From Octopus bimaculoides (Eukaryota), in assembly GCF_001194135.2 (NCBI RefSeq), contig NC_068981.1:278363-330103 (forward strand): a DNA stretch of 51,741 bases, read 5' to 3'. Under the pieces are notes generated by a model. The model made no database searches and was not told where the DNA came from. It worked only from the letters and a program-made list of their open reading frames with translations. Positions 48,762-51,741 of the stretch are shown here, piece after piece (position 1 is the stretch's first letter; every line of letters starts with the position of its first letter). The translations under genes and the position numbers were made by a program.

Positions 48762-50004
48762 GTGAGGATGCTTCGAGTTTTAGAATAATCGTGATAAAAA
48801 CCAGATTTTGAAAATAAAAAAGTTGTCTTAATTGAGGAAGTTGTATAAATTCGTATGACTGAGGAGAAAAAAGAATCCTTACATTTCAGGCCAACATCAA
48901 TACATTCTACTTCTCTTCACGGCATATAAACTTAACCAAATTTACCAATGCTTCTAAATGATTTTACTCATAGACAGTCACCTGGGTATCTGTTCTTTTT
49001 TTTTATTTTTCTTGTTATTTGGTAATAAATTTAAAATTAAAATATTGTAAGCATTATGGTAAGTTTTGTGGTGGGTCAGCTCTAGCCACCTATGTTCGTT
49101 ATTCAGTGAACGTCTTAATTCGTCGCCCTGTTTAACATCGTAGACCTGGCATTTAAATGTCTTCAGTGGTGTCTGCTAAGTTGTTAGTATTCTGACCATG
49201 TCTCCGGTCTGAGAATAACTTCTTTTGATTAGTAAGTCTAACCCTGAAGAGGGTTATTGGCGCTGCAATGCCCCTGTTTGCTAAGGTATAAAAATGATTT
49301 TGAATTCGTAGAGTTGCTGGAGCATTGACTAAAATTCCTTAGCACAGAATGTCTGGTCGTATTACTCGATTTCGCGAACTGGATTCTACGTATTGCATTC
49401 TCTTTATTGAGGTTCCAGTTGGGGTAACGGTACGTGTTGGTCGGCCACATGCCTCATGGTCACAGCATATGAGATGAGGTCACTCCTCGGAAGATTGCCC
49501 AAGATGACTCGAGCAAATACAGACAAGTGGTGGATGCAAAGACGCACTGCAACGGCGCACGCCCCATAACTGATCTCTGCACTCTGACCTTCCTCAGTCA
49601 TGCGCAAACTTATGCAAATAGCCGGTTAACTGTGAACGAAGAAAACTTCCAGAACGATATAAAAATATACTGTGCGGCTGCGTGGTAAAAAGTTTGCTTC
49701 CCAGTCATATGGTCCTGGGTTCAATACCATCAATTAGAATTTTATCATAGATATTTTTCGTTAATTGTCTTAATATTTTTGCGATGTTTATACAGTTTCT
49801 TGGCATTATGAAGGTAAATGGAATATGTGAACTTAGTACAGATAATTTGACATTAGTTTTCGATTCTGCATGCAAAAATATATAAGATACAGGTATTCTT
49901 TTTCTTTGGACAAATTCTTGGTTGGCCAGTGTTCTTCTTATCGTAGCTTACAAATCCAAGCATGAAAACGTTACTCAACTTTGAAGTTTTGGAGACAGAC
50001 GCCG

Positions 50005-50084
<80 letters not shown>

Positions 50085-50220
50085 GCACTTACACGACAGG
50101 TATACATAATACTGAAATACGCATAAAGTAAACACCTGCAGACAAATATATTAATATAGTTTAAAAATATAATAAAAACATACAATCAATGAAGAGACAA
50201 AAGAAACAATAAGATGATAA

Positions 50221-50460
50221 GGAAGGCGGTGAGCTGGCAGAAACGTTAGCACGCTGGGCGAAATGCTTAGCGGTATTTCGTCTGCCGTTACGTTCTGAGT
50301 TCAAATTCCGCCGAGGTCGACTTTACCTTTCATCCTTTCGGGGTCGATTAAATAAGTACCAGTTACGCACTGGGGTCAATGTAATCGACTTAATCTCTTT
50401 GTCTGTCCTTGTTTGTCCCCTCTATGTTTAGCCCCTTGTGGGCAATAAAGAAATAAGAAA
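50221..50460 (+). mobile_element. SINE family B, young and full length
   Basis: aaggcggtgagctggcagaaacgttagcacgctgggcgaaatgcttagcgg...ccccttgtgggcaataaagaaataagaaa; very close to the 23404 copy. Confidence 0.95.
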
Positions 50461-51239
50461 TGGAAAGATGATACATATTGATTTTATTAGGATTTTATTA
50501 GTTTATTTAGAAACCTACAATGAAGAGGTTATTTCTCAGACGCTATAAATTTCACAGGTTACAACCTTAAAGCTGACACCGCGCCGCTAAACGCAGAAAA
50601 TTTCTATCTCGCTATTGGCTAAAAATAAACAGTTTTTCGATTTTTAAACCTCTGTAACTTTTCCTCCAATTTTTTTTCTCCACATCACACCTTCATAGCA
50701 ATTAGACTGGAAAACTATATTATTATAGCCGATTTTCAGATTTTTTACTGTCTTTTAAGAAATGCATATTTTGCGAATGAAAAAAGAAACTAGATCCCCT
50801 GGCTTTAAAAGAAATAATTACTGGGTTTGATTCGTTCGCTTAAAATTCTTCAAGACGGTGCCCCAGTATGGCCGCAGTCTAATGATTAACACAGGTAAAA
50901 GGTAAAAGGTAAGCTGATTTACGCGGTTAAAAAAAGTAGGATTGTTTAACTCACTGGTCGGACTGTAGTGGTTGATTAAAAATTATGTTGTCAGTTTTAT
51001 TATACAAAATGGATATTGTAATTAACTACAAAAAAATTGACACAGAACTCAATTGAATAGAGAATGGTGATATAATTTAATTTTTATTAAAAAACAGTTT
51101 TTAAAACTGTGGCTCAAAGACATAAAATTTCTGTTTAATTCTCAATTTTTTCCTGCGAATAATTTAGAAATCATTGCAATAAATGATAGTAAGAATCGCT
51201 AGAAAAATAATTATTTACACAAGAAAAACAATTGTTTCT

Positions 51240-51625
51240 AATTTTGATAGAAGGCCAGCGATTTTGAGAAGGGGTAAGTTAATGACATCGAGCTCAGTAT
51301 TTAATTGGTATAAAATTTTATCAACCTGGAAGGAATAAAAGCAAGGTTGATCTTGTTAGAATTTGAACTCACAACATAAAAAGTTGCGAAGAATTTTGTC
51401 CAACGCGCTAACGATGCAGCCATCTAGCCGCCTTCGTAAATATAATTCCTTCAAATTTTGGTGCGAGGCCATCAATGTTTAGGGAAGTGGGTAAGTAAAT
51501 GAAATCGATGCCAAGGCAGGTTTAACTTGTACTTATTCCATCGACCCGGAAAGGATGAAAAGCAAAGCCTCAATCTCGGCAGAATTTGAACTCAGACTGT
51601 AAAGACGGACGAAATGTCACTAAGC
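51240..51625 (-). mobile_element. Two diverged head-to-tail SINE family B copies
   Basis: gaaggccagc...aatttgaactcac...gctaacgatgc (51250-51435) and gaggccatc...aggatgaaaagc...aatttgaactcagac...ctaagc (51445-51625). Confidence 0.7.
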
Positions 51626-51654
51626 AGTATTGACAGTGACTTCGAAGCTTCGTC

Positions 51655-51689
<35 letters not shown>

Positions 51690-51741
51690 AAATGTACTGC
51701 AATGCTTAAAGAGAACTACGACGTTATATATATATATATAT

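Noticed and set aside
6628-50460. tRNA-like A/B boxes at many positions
   Set aside because: They are SINE heads continuing into SINE bodies; no complete cloverleaf tRNA gene was seen.

Overview
AT-rich eukaryotic genomic DNA, very dense in microsatellites and SINEs, with nine large N-gaps. The repeat families look like those of an octopus (coleoid cephalopod) genome; this is recalled from their sequence, not a database result. Almost all track ORFs are microsatellite or gap artefacts. The only plausible host-gene coding sequence is a + strand exon at 15008-15671 (N/S/T/K-rich, ending at a strong ACAG|gtaagt donor), preceded by a CT-rich promoter-like tract and a long trinucleotide-rich leader. 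The rest of the window is probably one large intron, with one candidate in-frame 15-nt microexon at 48747-48761. Mobile DNA includes a decayed full-length DD37D (maT) Tc1/mariner element with TIRs, three R4/Dong-type RLE retrotransposon fragments (two clearly bounded by (AAT)n), a CR1/L2-type LINE 3' end, hAT/mariner remnants and several dozen tRNA-SINE copies of 3-4 modular families. The most interesting signal is a set of four minimal type-I hammerhead-ribozyme-like motifs of the Penelope-associated, palindromic-stem-III kind. One sits in the loop of a ~370-bp palindrome, and one forms the tail of a tRNA-headed SINE-like element with an inverted terminal copy. SINE and repeat boundaries were read by eye and are approximate.
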